From NCBI GenBank assembly GCA_964546375.1, contig CAZJJO010000002.1, positions 1-57,157 of the forward strand: DNA of 57,157 nt. The letters run 5' to 3'. How positions within the stretch are numbered: the stretch's first letter is position 1; each line of letters begins with the position of its first letter. Shown one piece after another: positions 9,230 to 18,964 of the stretch. Both the position numbers and the translations under genes were made by a program. This DNA comes from an uncultured Gemmatimonadota bacterium. Its GTDB lineage: Bacteria; Gemmatimonadota; Gemmatimonadetes; Palauibacterales; Palauibacteraceae. The notes under the pieces are model-generated. The model did not search any database. It saw nothing but the letters and a program-made list of their open reading frames with translations, and was not told the origin of the DNA.

Positions 9230-10804
9230 TCACCCGGACGAGGAGCCCCCGTCGAAGCTCCACCGGACGTCGAGCTGCCGGCCCGCCCGCCCCTCGTCCA
9301 GCCGCCGCACCGGGGTGGTGTGCGGGGCCGAGGTCACCGTCTCCGGCTCCTCGGCCGCCTCCCGGGCGATGGCCGCCATCGCCTCGGCGTAGCGGTCCAG
9401 CTCCTCGCGCGTCTCCGTCTCGGTGGGCTCGGTCATCAGCGCCTCCTCGACCACCAGGGGGAAGTAGATGGTGGGGGCGTGGAAGCCGTAGTCCAGCAGG
9501 CGCTTCGCCACGTCCATCGTCCGCACCCCGTGGTCGGTCTTCAGCGGCTCGCCGGAGAAGACGGACTCGTGGAGGCCGCGGCCGTAGGGGAGGGGGAAGC
9601 GATCGGAGAGCCGCTCGCTCAGGTAGGCGTTGTTCAGCACCGAGGCCTCGGCGGTCTCGCGGATCCCGCGGGGTCCGAGCATCCGGATGTAGGTGTAGGC
9701 CCGGACCATCACCCCGAAGTTGCCGAAGAAGCCGTGGATCTTCCCGATGGAGTCGGGGCGGTCCCAGTCCAGGACGTACTCGTCGTCCTCCCGGGCGACG
9801 CCGGGGACCGGGAGGAAGCGCTCCAGCTCCCCGGTCACGGCCACCGGGCCCGAGCCCGGCCCGCCGCCCCCGTGGGGGGTGCTGAAGGTCTTGTGCAGGT
9901 TGAAGTGGACGATGTCGTAGCCCATCGCCGCCGGATCGGCGATCCCCATGAGGGCGTTCAGGTTCGCCCCGTCCATGTACATCAGCCCGCCGGCCTCGTG
10001 GACGCGACGGCTGATCTCCTCGATGTCGGACTCGAAGACGCCCAGGGTGTTCGGGTTGGTGAGCATCATCCCGGCGAGCTCGTCGTCGAGGGCCTCCTTC
10101 AGAGAGGCCAGCTCGACCCGGCCCTCCTCGTTGGACTCGAGCTCCACCACCTCCATGTCGGCCAGGGCCACTGTGGCCGGGTTGGTGCCGTGGGCCGAGT
10201 CCGGGATGAGGACCTTCCGCCGCTCCGGCTCGCCGCGGCTCAGGTGGTGGGCCCGCATCAGGAAGACGCCCGTCAGCTCGCCCTGGGCGCCGGCCGCCGG
10301 CTGGAGGCTCACCGCGTCCAGGCCGGCCACCTCCTTCAGCGCCTCCCCCAGCTCGTGCATCAGCCGCAGCGCGCCCTGCGCGGCCCCGTGGGGGGTGAAG
10401 GGATGCAGCCCGGCGAAGCCGGGGAGCCGGGCCGTCGCCTCGTTCACCTTGGGGTTGTACTTCATCGTGCACGAGCCCAGCGGGTAGAGGGCCCGATCCA
10501 CGTGGTGGTTCTTCAGCGACAGCTCCGTGTAGTGGCGCACCACCTCGTGCTCGGGTACCTCCGGGAGCCGGGGAGGCTCGTCCCGGAGGAGCCGCTCCGG
10601 GACGAGCTCCTCGAGGGGCCGCTCCGGGACGTCCGCGTCGGGCATCGCGGTGCCGGTGCGGCCGGGCCGGGACTTCTCGAAGATCGTCGGCGTGTGCGGG
10701 CCCTTGAAGGGGAAGGTGGCCCGGACCCGCGCCCCCGCCGTCCCCGCGTCGCCCGTCGGGCCGGATCCGGGGTGCCGACCGGGGCCGCCGCCGTCAGAAG
10801 GCAT
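9230..10804 (-). CDS. gcvPB: Glycine dehydrogenase (decarboxylating) subunit 2
   Basis: ORF 9230..10804. IFEKSRPGR, YPLGSCTMKYNPKVNE, HFNLHKTFSTPHGGGGPG (PLP-Lys context). ATG 10804 is the only canonical start upstream of the conserved IFEKS block and overlaps the preceding gene by 11 nt. Confidence 0.93.
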   Translation of the reverse strand: MPSDGGGPGRHPGSGPTGDAGTAGARVRATFPFKGPHTPTIFEKSRPGRTGTAMPDADVPERPLEELVPERLLRDEPPRLPEVPEHEVVRHYTELSLKNHHVDRALYPLGSCTMKYNPKVNEATARLPGFAGLHPFTPHGAAQGALRLMHELGEALKEVAGLDAVSLQPAAGAQGELTGVFLMRAHHLSRGEPERRKVLIPDSAHGTNPATVALADMEVVELESNEEGRVELASLKEALDDELAGMMLTNPNTLGVFESDIEEISRRVHEAGGLMYMDGANLNALMGIADPAAMGYDIVHFNLHKTFSTPHGGGGPGSGPVAVTGELERFLPVPGVAREDDEYVLDWDRPDSIGKIHGFFGNFGVMVRAYTYIRMLGPRGIRETAEASVLNNAYLSERLSDRFPLPYGRGLHESVFSGEPLKTDHGVRTMDVAKRLLDYGFHAPTIYFPLVVEEALMTEPTETETREELDRYAEAMAAIAREAAEEPETVTSAPHTTPVRRLDEGRAGRQLDVRWSFDGGSSSG

Positions 10805-11486
10805 GCGACTCGCCCGGCTCCAGCACCACCACGCGGGCGTCGTCCCCCACCAGGCGCCGGAACTCCTCCGGGTCCTGCTCGATCACCTCGAAGGTGTCGT
10901 AGTGGACGGGGATCACCGTCTCCGGCCGGATCATCCGGACGGCCCGGGCCGCGTCCTCGGGGCCCATGGTGAAGTTGTCGCCGATGGGCAGCAGGGCCAG
11001 GTCCACCCGGCCCTCCAGCAGCTCCATCTCCTTCGTCAGCGACGTGTCCCCGGCGTGGTAGACAGTGCTCCCGTCGAGCTCCATCAGCAGCCCGGCCGGG
11101 AAGGTCGTGTAGGGCCCCCCGTTCTCGCCGGCCACCTGCCCGCCGTGGAAGGCCGGGGTGAGCTGGACCCGGCCGAACGGGAAGTCGAAGCCCCCGCCGA
11201 TGTGCAGGGGGTGCGCCTCCTCGACGCCCTCCTCGTTCTGTGCGTAGGCCACCAGCTCGAAGGTGGCCACCAGGGTGGCGCCGGTCTCCCGGAGGATCTC
11301 CCACGCGTCGCCCGTGTGGTCGAAGTGTCCGTGGGTCAGGAGCACGTAGTCCAGCCGGTCGGTGAAGTGCTCCGGGCCCACGTCCGCCAGGGCGTTGTCG
11401 GTGAGCCACGGGTCGATGACGATCCGGGTCCCGTCGTCGGTGACGATCTCCGTGCAGGCGTGCCCGTGGAAGGTCAGCTCGGCCAT
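10794..11486 (-). CDS. UPF0173-type metal-dependent hydrolase (metallo-beta-lactamase fold)
   Basis: ORF 10794..11486. MAELTFHGHA..IDPWL..LLTHGHFDHTGDA..YHAGDT..LALLPIGDNFTMG..VIPVHYDTF. Confidence 0.88.
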   Translation of the reverse strand: MAELTFHGHACTEIVTDDGTRIVIDPWLTDNALADVGPEHFTDRLDYVLLTHGHFDHTGDAWEILRETGATLVATFELVAYAQNEEGVEEAHPLHIGGGFDFPFGRVQLTPAFHGGQVAGENGGPYTTFPAGLLMELDGSTVYHAGDTSLTKEMELLEGRVDLALLPIGDNFTMGPEDAARAVRMIRPETVIPVHYDTFEVIEQDPEEFRRLVGDDARVVVLEPGESHAF

Positions 11487-11541
11487 CGTAGACTCCTCCG
11501 TTGTCGTCGAGCGCGGCGGGGCCGCGGCCCGGGTGCGGGCT

Positions 11542-12879
11542 TCACGCGCCGGCCACCGCGTCGATCAGCGTCTCCATCTCGTCTCGCGTTCGCTTCTCGG
11601 TGAAGGCCAACAGCAGCCCGTCCCCGACGTCCAGGTCCGGGAACCGGTCCAGGCTCACGCCGGCCAGCACCCCCCGCTCCAGCCCCCGTTCCAGGGCGGC
11701 CCGGGAGCCGCCGGGCGTCCGGACCGCGAACTCCCGCAGGAAGGGCGCGTCGGGGAAGAGCAGCTCGACGCCGGCCTCCTCCAGCCGCTCCCGGGCCCAG
11801 TGGGCGTGCCGGGCGGAGGCCTCGGCCACCCGCCGGAGGCCGTCGCGCCCCACGGTGGCCAGGTAGAGGGTGGCCGCCAGGGCGTTCAGCCCCTGGTTCG
11901 TGCAGATGTTGCTCGTGGCCCGCTCCCGCCGGATCTGCTGCTCCCGGGTCTGGAGGGTCAGGACGTAGCCCCGGCGGCCCTCCTCGTCCACCGTGGCTCC
12001 GGCGATCCGGCCCGGCATCTTCCGCACGTGCTCCTCCCGCCCGGCGAACAGCCCCAGCGCCGGCCCGCCGTAGCTCATCGCGTTGCCGAAGGGCTGGCCC
12101 TCGCCGACCACCAGGTCGGCGCCGGCCTCGCCGGGCGGCCGGATCACCGAGAGGGCCACCGGGTCCGCCACGGCGGCGACGAGCAGGGCCCCGGCCTCGT
12201 GGGCCGCCTCGGCCGCCCCGTCCAGCTCCTCGAGCAGGCCGAAGAAGTTCGGGTTCTGCACGATCAGGCACGCCGTGTCGTCGTCCAGGGCCCGGGCGGC
12301 CGCCTCCACGTCCAGCAGGCCGTCGTCGCCGGCGGGCACCCGGACCACCTCGCTGGCCGTCCCCGAGGTGTAGGTCTCCACGACCTTCCGGTAGTGGGGG
12401 TGGAGGTGGCCGGCCAGGACGACCCGGTCCCGGCGGGTCACCCGCATGGCCATCAGGGCCGCCTCCGCCGTGGCCGTGGCGCCGTCGTAGATGGACGCGT
12501 TGGCCACCTCCATGCCCGTCAGCTCGCAGACCATCGTCTGGAACTCGTAGATGGACTGGAGCGTGCCCTGCGCCACCTCGGGCTGGTAGGGCGTGTAGGC
12601 CGTGTAGAACTCGCTGCGCCGCAGGAGATGGTCGACGGCCGCCGGCACGTGGTGGTCGTAGATCCCGCCGCCGGCGAAGGGCACCGGGCTCCGGTTCTGC
12701 TCCGAGAGCTCCCGGAGCAGCCGCACGGCCTCGGGCTCGGAGAGCGCCTCCGGCAGGTCCAGGTCGCCGGAGACCCTGAGGCCGTCCGGGACGTCGCGGT
12801 AGAGCTCGTCGACGCTCGCGGCGCCCACGGCCCGGAGCATCTCCCGGCGGTCGCTCTCGCTGTGGGGGACGAAGGACAC
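11542..12879 (-). CDS. gcvPA: Glycine dehydrogenase (decarboxylating) subunit 1
   Basis: ORF 11542..12879. FYTAYTPYQPEVAQGTLQSIYEFQTMVCELTGMEVANAS, ATSNICTNQGL. Confidence 0.94.
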   Translation of the reverse strand: MSFVPHSESDRREMLRAVGAASVDELYRDVPDGLRVSGDLDLPEALSEPEAVRLLRELSEQNRSPVPFAGGGIYDHHVPAAVDHLLRRSEFYTAYTPYQPEVAQGTLQSIYEFQTMVCELTGMEVANASIYDGATATAEAALMAMRVTRRDRVVLAGHLHPHYRKVVETYTSGTASEVVRVPAGDDGLLDVEAAARALDDDTACLIVQNPNFFGLLEELDGAAEAAHEAGALLVAAVADPVALSVIRPPGEAGADLVVGEGQPFGNAMSYGGPALGLFAGREEHVRKMPGRIAGATVDEEGRRGYVLTLQTREQQIRRERATSNICTNQGLNALAATLYLATVGRDGLRRVAEASARHAHWARERLEEAGVELLFPDAPFLREFAVRTPGGSRAALERGLERGVLAGVSLDRFPDLDVGDGLLLAFTEKRTRDEMETLIDAVAGA

Positions 12880-12986
12880 GGCTCTCTCGTTCGCGGGTGT
12901 GCGCCCGGCGTGTCCGCCTCCGGCGGCGGTCTTCCCGGGCGGGGACGGTCGCGTGCGCGGGCCCGGCGAGGGGGCCGGAGGCCGCG

Positions 12987-13376
12987 TCAGCCGGAGACGT
13001 GCTCCTCGTACTCCCCGGCCGTCATGAGCTCGTCGAGCTCGGCGGGGTCGGACACCGCCAGCCGGATCATCCAGCCCTCGCCGTAGGGGTCCGAGTTGAC
13101 CAGGGCGGGATCGTCCTCCAGGGCGCCGTTCGCCTCGACCACCTCGCCCGACACGGGGGTGAAGAGGTCCGAGACGGCCTTCACGGCCTCGATGGTGCCG
13201 AAGACGTCCATCCGGCCGAAGGAGTCCCCGGGGCCCGGGAGCTCGACGAAGACCACGTCGCCCAGCTCGCCCTGGGCGTAGTCCGTGATGCCCACGAGGA
13301 CCTCGCCCTCGGCGTCGGTCTCGCGGACGTACTCGTGCTCCTCCGTGTAGAGGAGCCCCTCGGGAACGTCGGTCAT
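12987..13376 (-). CDS. gcvH: Glycine cleavage system H protein
   Basis: ORF 12987..13376. YTEEHEYV, GITDYAQGELGDVVFVELP, lipoyl-lysine context IEAVKAVSDL. Confidence 0.95.
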   Translation of the reverse strand: MTDVPEGLLYTEEHEYVRETDAEGEVLVGITDYAQGELGDVVFVELPGPGDSFGRMDVFGTIEAVKAVSDLFTPVSGEVVEANGALEDDPALVNSDPYGEGWMIRLAVSDPAELDELMTAGEYEEHVSG

Positions 13377-13440
13377 CGTCTCGTCTCCTGACCCATGGCC
13401 GGTGGTCGCTCGGCGCCGGCCGCCGGCGCGAGGCGCCGGG

Positions 13441-13470
13441 AGACTACCCGGCTCCGGAACCGGGCGTCAA
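13441..13470 (-). promoter_or_regulatory. Putative sigma-70-type promoter of the gcvH operon (TTGACG-18 nt-TAGTCT)
   Basis: On the minus strand, TTGACG (13470-13465), an 18-nt spacer and TAGTCT (13446-13441), about 60 nt upstream of the gcvH ATG. Motif match only. Confidence 0.35.
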
Positions 13471-13569
13471 CCGGACCGGCGGCCGCCGCGGGCACCGGGC
13501 TGCAACGTCCGTTCCCCCCCGGCTCCGATCGACGGACGCCCCGGGGGGCTCGCTCCTCCCGGGGGGAGC

Positions 13570-14634
13570 TCAGAGCCAGTCCTTCGAACGGAAGTAGAGC
13601 AGGAGGGCCCCGCCGATGACCGCCATCAGGGCCAGCACGGCCGGATAGGCCCACGGCCAGCCGAGCTCGGGCATGTTCTCGAAGTTCATCCCGTAGACCC
13701 CGGCCACGAAGGTCAGCGGGATGAAGATGCTGGCCATGATCGTCAGCACCTTCATGATCTCGTTCGTCCGGTTGCTGAGGCTGGACAGGTAGGTGTCCAG
13801 CATGCCGGAGGCCAGGTCCCGGAGCGTCTCGCCGGTGTCGATGATCTGGACGCAGTGGTCGTACAGGTCCCGGACGAACGGCCGCACCTCCGGGTCCACC
13901 AGCTCGTGCTCCTCCCGCAGGAAGTTGCCGGCCACCTCCCGCGCCGGCCACACGGCCTTGCGGAACAGCAGCAGCTCCCGCTTCAGGCGATGGATCTCCC
14001 GCATCGTCTGCTCCGACGGGTCCTCCAGCAGGCCGACCTCCAGCTCCTCGATCCACTCCCCGGCCTCCTCCAGCACCACGAAGTAGTGGTCGACGATGGC
14101 GTCCATGACCGCGTACGCCAGGTAGTCCGGCCCCATCCTCCGGATCCGGCCCTTGCCGGTCCGGATGCGCTCGCGGACCGGATCCAGCACGTCGCCGGCC
14201 CGCTCCTGGAAGCTGAGCACGAAGTTCGGCCCCACCACCAGGCTCACCTGCTCGTCCTCCAGCTGTCGCCGGTCCGGATCGAAGGTGAGCATCTTCAGGA
14301 CGACGAAGAGGTAGTCGCCGTAGTCCTCGAGCTTCGGCCGGTGGCCGGTGTTGAGGACGTCCTCCAGGACCAGCGGGTGGAGGCCGAAGCGCTCCCCGAG
14401 GTCCTCCACCAGCTCCGCGTCCCCGAGTCCGTCCACGTTGAGCCACGTGACCGTGGGCTCGTCCCGGAAGGGCAGCACCTCCTCCACCGCCTCGACGTCC
14501 CGCTCGCGGACCCCCTCCCCGTCGTAGTCGATGACGTGCATCCGCGCCGGCTCGGCCCCGGCCACCTCCACCGGCACCAGGCTCCCCGGCGCGAGCCCGA
14601 CCTTGTGCGACCTCCTGGCGATGAAGCGGAGCAT
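13570..14634 (-). CDS. corA: Magnesium/cobalt transporter CorA
   Basis: C-terminal 354 codons of ORF 13570..15516, starting MLRFIARR. YGMNF motif (GVYGMNFENMPEL) plus two C-terminal TMs. Confidence 0.93.
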   Translation of the reverse strand: MLRFIARRSHKVGLAPGSLVPVEVAGAEPARMHVIDYDGEGVRERDVEAVEEVLPFRDEPTVTWLNVDGLGDAELVEDLGERFGLHPLVLEDVLNTGHRPKLEDYGDYLFVVLKMLTFDPDRRQLEDEQVSLVVGPNFVLSFQERAGDVLDPVRERIRTGKGRIRRMGPDYLAYAVMDAIVDHYFVVLEEAGEWIEELEVGLLEDPSEQTMREIHRLKRELLLFRKAVWPAREVAGNFLREEHELVDPEVRPFVRDLYDHCVQIIDTGETLRDLASGMLDTYLSSLSNRTNEIMKVLTIMASIFIPLTFVAGVYGMNFENMPELGWPWAYPAVLALMAVIGGALLLYFRSKDWL

Positions 14635-14865
14635 GGCGCCTCCCGGTGCGGGACGAGGGGTCCGGGGACCCGCCGGCGCGGAGATCGGCCGCGCCGCCGC
14701 CGGGCCCCGACGGGACGGAAAGGTAACGGCCCGAGGGGCGAGGGCGCATCGGCGGGCCCCGGGGCGTCTTGCCGCCCCTCCGGGCCGGTCTCTAGGTTGC
14801 CCTCCGCGGCCGCGGGAGGGGCCCGCCGCGGCCTCCCCGCCTTCCCCCTCCACCGAGCCCGTCCC

Positions 14866-15714
14866 ATGATTCCCTTCGCCAAGTACTCGGGCGCCGGCAA
14901 CGACTTCGTGATCGTGCGGGCCGAAGAGGTCGGCCCCGATCCCGCCGGCCTCGCCCGCCGCATCTGCGCGCGCCGCTCCGGCGCCGGGGCCGACGGCCTC
15001 GCCCTGGTCGGGCGGCGGGACGGCGAGGCCCTGGACGTGCGCTTCTTCAACCCCGACGGGACGGAGTTCGGCACCTGCGGCAACGGGAGCCGGTGCGTGG
15101 CCCGATGGGCGGCCGACCGCGGCCTGGCCCCGGACGGCGAGGTGACCCTGCGGACCTCGGAGGGGCGGCTCGGGGCCCGGGTGCGGGGGGACCGCGTGCG
15201 GCTCGACTACCGCCTGCCCTGCCGGGTCGCGGGTACCCGGGAGGTCCCGCTGGGCGGGGACCGCCGGGAGGGATGGCTGGTGGAGATGGGGACCCCCCAC
15301 CTGGTCCTGCCGGTGGAGCGGATGCCGGAGGGGCCGGTGGACGAGCTGTGCCGGCCCGCCCGCCGCTCGGAGGCCCTCGGCCCGGAGGGCGCCAACGTGA
15401 ACCTGGTCGAGGTCCGGGCCCCGGACCGCGCCTCCATCCGGACCTACGAGCGGGGCGTCGAGGGGGAGACGGCGGCCTGCGGGGCCGGCTCCATGTCGGC
15501 GGCCCTGGCGCTGCACGCGGCGGGGCGGGTCGGCACGAGGCTCGAGCTGGAGACGCGGAGCGGGGAGGTGCTGACCGTGGAGCTGGACGGGGACGACGCC
15601 GCCGACCCGTCGACCCGGCGGCCCCGGTCCCTCCGCCTCGAGGGGTCGGCGCGGCCGGTCTACGAGGGCCGCTTCCCGAGGGCGGACGAGGCCGGGTGGG
15701 CCCGGCGCCGGTGA
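14866..15714 (+). CDS. dapF: Diaminopimelate epimerase
   Basis: C-terminal part of ORF 13402..15714 from ATG 14866. KYSGAGNDFVIV, FFNPDGTEFGTCGNGSRC, ETAACGAGS (both catalytic Cys contexts). Confidence 0.92.
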   Translation: MIPFAKYSGAGNDFVIVRAEEVGPDPAGLARRICARRSGAGADGLALVGRRDGEALDVRFFNPDGTEFGTCGNGSRCVARWAADRGLAPDGEVTLRTSEGRLGARVRGDRVRLDYRLPCRVAGTREVPLGGDRREGWLVEMGTPHLVLPVERMPEGPVDELCRPARRSEALGPEGANVNLVEVRAPDRASIRTYERGVEGETAACGAGSMSAALALHAAGRVGTRLELETRSGEVLTVELDGDDAADPSTRRPRSLRLEGSARPVYEGRFPRADEAGWARRR

Positions 15715-16820
15715 GCGGCCCGGACGAGGACGGCCGGGCGGGGCCCACGATCGACCCGGAGCGGGCCGCCGACGCCCTGCTGGCGTGGTACCGGGGGCGG
15801 GAGCGGGACGTCCCCTGGCGGGGCGAGTCCGATCCCTACCGGATCTGGGTGGCCGAGGTGATGGCCCAGCAGACGCGGATCTCGACGGTCCGCGACTACT
15901 GGGAGGACTTCCTGCGGCGCTTCCCGGACGTCGAGGCCCTCGCCCGGGCCGACCGCCACGACGTCCTCAAGGCCTGGGAAGGGCTCGGCTACTACGCGCG
16001 GGCCCGGCGCCTCCACGCCGCCGCCCGGGAGGTGACCGAGCGCCACGGCGGCGAGCTCCCGTCCGACCCCGACCGGCTGCGGGAGCTGCCGGGGATCGGA
16101 CCGTACACGGCCGGGGCCGTGGCCAGCCTGGCCTTCGGCCGGCCCGAGCCGGCCGTGGACGGCAACACCCGCCGGGTGCTCAGCCGGCTCCACGACCTGG
16201 CCGACCCCGGCGACGCCGACCTGCGGTCGGCCGCCCGACGGCTGCTGGAGGCGCGGCCCGGCGAGGCGGCGGCCCTGAACCAGGCCCTCATGGACCTGGG
16301 CGGGGAGGTGTGCACCCCCTCCTCGCCCTCCTGCGACCTGTGCCCGCTGGGCGCGGCGTGCCTGGCCCGCGAGCGCGGCACGGTGGACCGCCGCCCCCCC
16401 TCCTCCGACCGCGGCCCCCTCCCCCACCACCGCGTGGCGCTGGGGCTGGTGTGGGAGGAGGGGAGGCTCCTGGTCCAGCGGCGGCCGCCCGACGGGATGC
16501 TGGGCGGGCTGTGGGAGTTCCCCGGCGGCAAGGTCGAGGAGGACGAGGGCCCCCGCGCCGCCCTCCGTCGGGAGCTGCGCGAGGAGCTGGAGATCGAGGT
16601 CGAGGTGCTGGACGAGCTGGAGCCGGTGGAGCACGCCTACAGCCACTTCCGCGTGACCCTGCTCCCCTTCCACGCCCGCCGGGCATCGGGCCGGCCCCGG
16701 GCCCGCGCGGCCCCGGAGTGGCGGTGGGCCGGGCCGGACGAGCTGGAGGAGCTGGCCTTCCCCACGCCGAACCGGCGCATCCTGGCCCGGATCGACGGGC
16801 CGCCCGGCGACGGGGGCTGA
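15711..16820 (+). CDS. mutY: A/G-specific adenine DNA glycosylase
   Basis: Part of ORF 15093..16820. GTG 15711 overlaps the dapF stop. PYRIWVAEVMAQQTRISTV, GLGYYARARRL, HhH GIGPYTAGAVASLAF, Fe-S Cys cluster C..C..C..C, and a C-terminal NUDIX-like domain LWEFPGGKVE. Confidence 0.92.
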   Translation: MSGPDEDGRAGPTIDPERAADALLAWYRGRERDVPWRGESDPYRIWVAEVMAQQTRISTVRDYWEDFLRRFPDVEALARADRHDVLKAWEGLGYYARARRLHAAAREVTERHGGELPSDPDRLRELPGIGPYTAGAVASLAFGRPEPAVDGNTRRVLSRLHDLADPGDADLRSAARRLLEARPGEAAALNQALMDLGGEVCTPSSPSCDLCPLGAACLARERGTVDRRPPSSDRGPLPHHRVALGLVWEEGRLLVQRRPPDGMLGGLWEFPGGKVEEDEGPRAALRRELREELEIEVEVLDELEPVEHAYSHFRVTLLPFHARRASGRPRARAAPEWRWAGPDELEELAFPTPNRRILARIDGPPGDGG

Positions 16821-16844
16821 CCGCCGGCCTCCGGGGGCCCCGGC

Positions 16845-18104
16845 TCAGGCCTCCGCGGCGGGCGCGATGCGGGCGATCCAGGCCGCGGCCGCGGCCAGCA
16901 CGCCGGCCGTCGCCAGGAACTCCCACCGGTGGCCCACGGCCCCGAAGGCCCAGCCGCCGGCCGCCGGCCCCACCACCCGGGCCAGGCTCCCGGCCGACTG
17001 GTTGAGCCCGAGGACCCCGCCCTGGGCCCGCTCGCCCGCCCGGCGGGAGATCAGGCCCTGCAGGGCCGGCGTCATGTAGCCGAACCCGACCCCCACCACC
17101 GCCAGCGAGGCCAGCAGGGAGGGCGTCCCCCCGGCCCCGGCCAGCAGGGCCAGGCCCACGGCCATCAGCGCCGCGCCCCCCATCGCCACGCGGCGCTCGC
17201 CGAGCCGGTCCACGGTGGGCCCGATGAGGACGCCCTGGACGGTGGCCGAGACCAGCCCCAGGTAGGCGAAGTACCATCCCGCGTCCACCGAGGTCATGCC
17301 CAGCGGCCCGTCCAGCAGGAGGGGGAAGGCGGTGGTGAAGGCCGCGAAGCCCAGCGTCCCCACGAAGAACGACCCGATCGGGTCGCGCAGCTCGGGGCGG
17401 ACCATCGCCTCCCGGAGCTCCCGGACCCGGCGCGACAGGGCCCGCAGGGCCGACGCCGCCCCCCTCGCGGCCGCCCGCCCCGTCCGCCGCTCCGGTGGCA
17501 GCGACTCCGGGAGGGCGAAGAGCGCCACGCCGGCGGCCGCCAGGCTGAGCCCCGCCGCGAAAAAGCCCGGCAGGCCGTAGCCCCACTGGCTGAGCACCCC
17601 GCCCAGCGCCGGCCCCGCCACGAAGCCGAGGCCGAAGGCGGCGCCCACCAGCCCCATCCCCCGCGCCCGGCCCTCCTCGGTGGTGGTGTCGGCGATGTAG
17701 GCCTGGGCCACGGGGACGTTGGCGCCCATGGCCCCGGCGATCACCCGGGAGAGCAGGAGGACCCCCACGGTGTCGGCGAGGCCGAACACGACGTAGCTGA
17801 CGCCCGACCCGAACAGGCCCACCACGAGCACCGGCCGGCGCCCGATCCGGTCGGAGAGCCGGCCCCAGACGGGGGCCAGGGCGAACTGCATCGCCGAGAA
17901 CGACCCGATGATCAGCCCCACGGCGGTCGGCCCCGCCCCCAGCTCGGTGGCGTAGAAGGGCAGCAGCGGGAGGACGATCCCGAAGCCGATCAGGTCGATG
18001 ACGACCGTGACGAAGACCAGCCCGAGGGCGAGCCGGGAGGCGCCCGCCCCGGCCGGGCCCGACCCGCCGCCCCCGGGGCTCGGCTCAGTGGACCTCCGGC
18101 CCAC
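16845..18104 (-). CDS. MFS transporter (Tet/drug-H+ antiporter-like)
   Basis: ORF 16845..18104. 12-TM pattern with the MFS motif GRLSDRIGRRPVL. The GTG start overlaps the upstream gene by 20 nt, so the start is uncertain. Confidence 0.88.
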   Translation of the reverse strand: MGRRSTEPSPGGGGSGPAGAGASRLALGLVFVTVVIDLIGFGIVLPLLPFYATELGAGPTAVGLIIGSFSAMQFALAPVWGRLSDRIGRRPVLVVGLFGSGVSYVVFGLADTVGVLLLSRVIAGAMGANVPVAQAYIADTTTEEGRARGMGLVGAAFGLGFVAGPALGGVLSQWGYGLPGFFAAGLSLAAAGVALFALPESLPPERRTGRAAARGAASALRALSRRVRELREAMVRPELRDPIGSFFVGTLGFAAFTTAFPLLLDGPLGMTSVDAGWYFAYLGLVSATVQGVLIGPTVDRLGERRVAMGGAALMAVGLALLAGAGGTPSLLASLAVVGVGFGYMTPALQGLISRRAGERAQGGVLGLNQSAGSLARVVGPAAGGWAFGAVGHRWEFLATAGVLAAAAAWIARIAPAAEA

Positions 18105-18909
18105 CGCCCCCTCCGTCCTCCACCTCGGGCAGGTCGACGCCGCGCTCCTCCAGGTGCTCCAGGTGAGCGCGGACGGAGGCCTCGGCCGCCCACGCCAGCC
18201 CCTCGGGCAGCTCGCCGTAGACCCGGCGGCGGATCGCCGCCACCGACCCGGCCCCCTCCTCCACCGCGCGTCGGATCTGCTCCTCCCGCTCCCGGCGGTG
18301 GCGGAGGTAATCCTCGAGGCGCGCGACCGCCTCCTCCACCGGCTCCCCGTGGCCGGGGTAGAGCCGCTCCGGGCCCAGCTCGCGGAGCCGCCGAAGGCTC
18401 TCCAGGTACCGCCCCATGTGGCCGTCGGGATGGCCCACCATCGCCGTGCCGGTCCCCAGCACCAGGTCGCCGGTGAAGACCGCGCGGCCCGGCGGCCACC
18501 ACCAGCAGAGGTGGTCCGAGGCGTGGCCCGGCGTCGCCAGCGCCTCCAGCGTGGCCTCCCCGCCGTCCACCTCGAGGCCCTCGCCGTCGGCCACGGCCCG
18601 GCCCTCGAGCCCGGCCCGCTCCAGCGTCGCCTCCGAGGCGACCACCGGCGCCCCGGTCCGCCGCGCGGCCTCGGCGGCCCCGGCGGCGTGGTCGGGGTGG
18701 GCGTGGGTGAGGGCCACCGCCGTCACCGCGCGGTCGCCCACCAGGGCCTCGATCCGGTCGGCGAGGCCGTCGTCGGGGCCCGGGTCCAGCAGCACCGCCT
18801 CCCGCCGGCCGACCAGGTAGGTGCGGGTGCCGTCGAGCGTCATGGGGCCCGGGTTGTCGGCCACGACGCACCGGACGGCCGGCTCCGGCCGCAGGACCTC
18901 CCGCGTCAC
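18085..18909 (-). CDS. MBL-fold metallo-hydrolase (LACTB2-like, C-terminal winged-helix-like tail)
   Basis: ORF 18085..18909. LTHAHPDHAAGA (HxHxDH), TPGHASDH, YPGHGEP. Confidence 0.88.
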   Translation of the reverse strand: MTREVLRPEPAVRCVVADNPGPMTLDGTRTYLVGRREAVLLDPGPDDGLADRIEALVGDRAVTAVALTHAHPDHAAGAAEAARRTGAPVVASEATLERAGLEGRAVADGEGLEVDGGEATLEALATPGHASDHLCWWWPPGRAVFTGDLVLGTGTAMVGHPDGHMGRYLESLRRLRELGPERLYPGHGEPVEEAVARLEDYLRHRREREEQIRRAVEEGAGSVAAIRRRVYGELPEGLAWAAEASVRAHLEHLEERGVDLPEVEDGGGGGPEVH

Positions 18910-18964
18910 GGCCGCGGGGGAGCCCCGGGCGGACGAGGCCGCGTCCGCGGGGCGGCGTCGGCCC

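Noticed and set aside
13377-13569. Possible tandem glycine riboswitch in the gcvH leader (repeated CGGAGCCGGG segments).
   Set aside because: The conserved GGAGA / ACCGAAGGGGCAA / CUCAGGCAAAAGGAC cores are not present on the transcribed strand. Only generic GC-rich hairpins are seen. A cmsearch with RF00504 would settle it.
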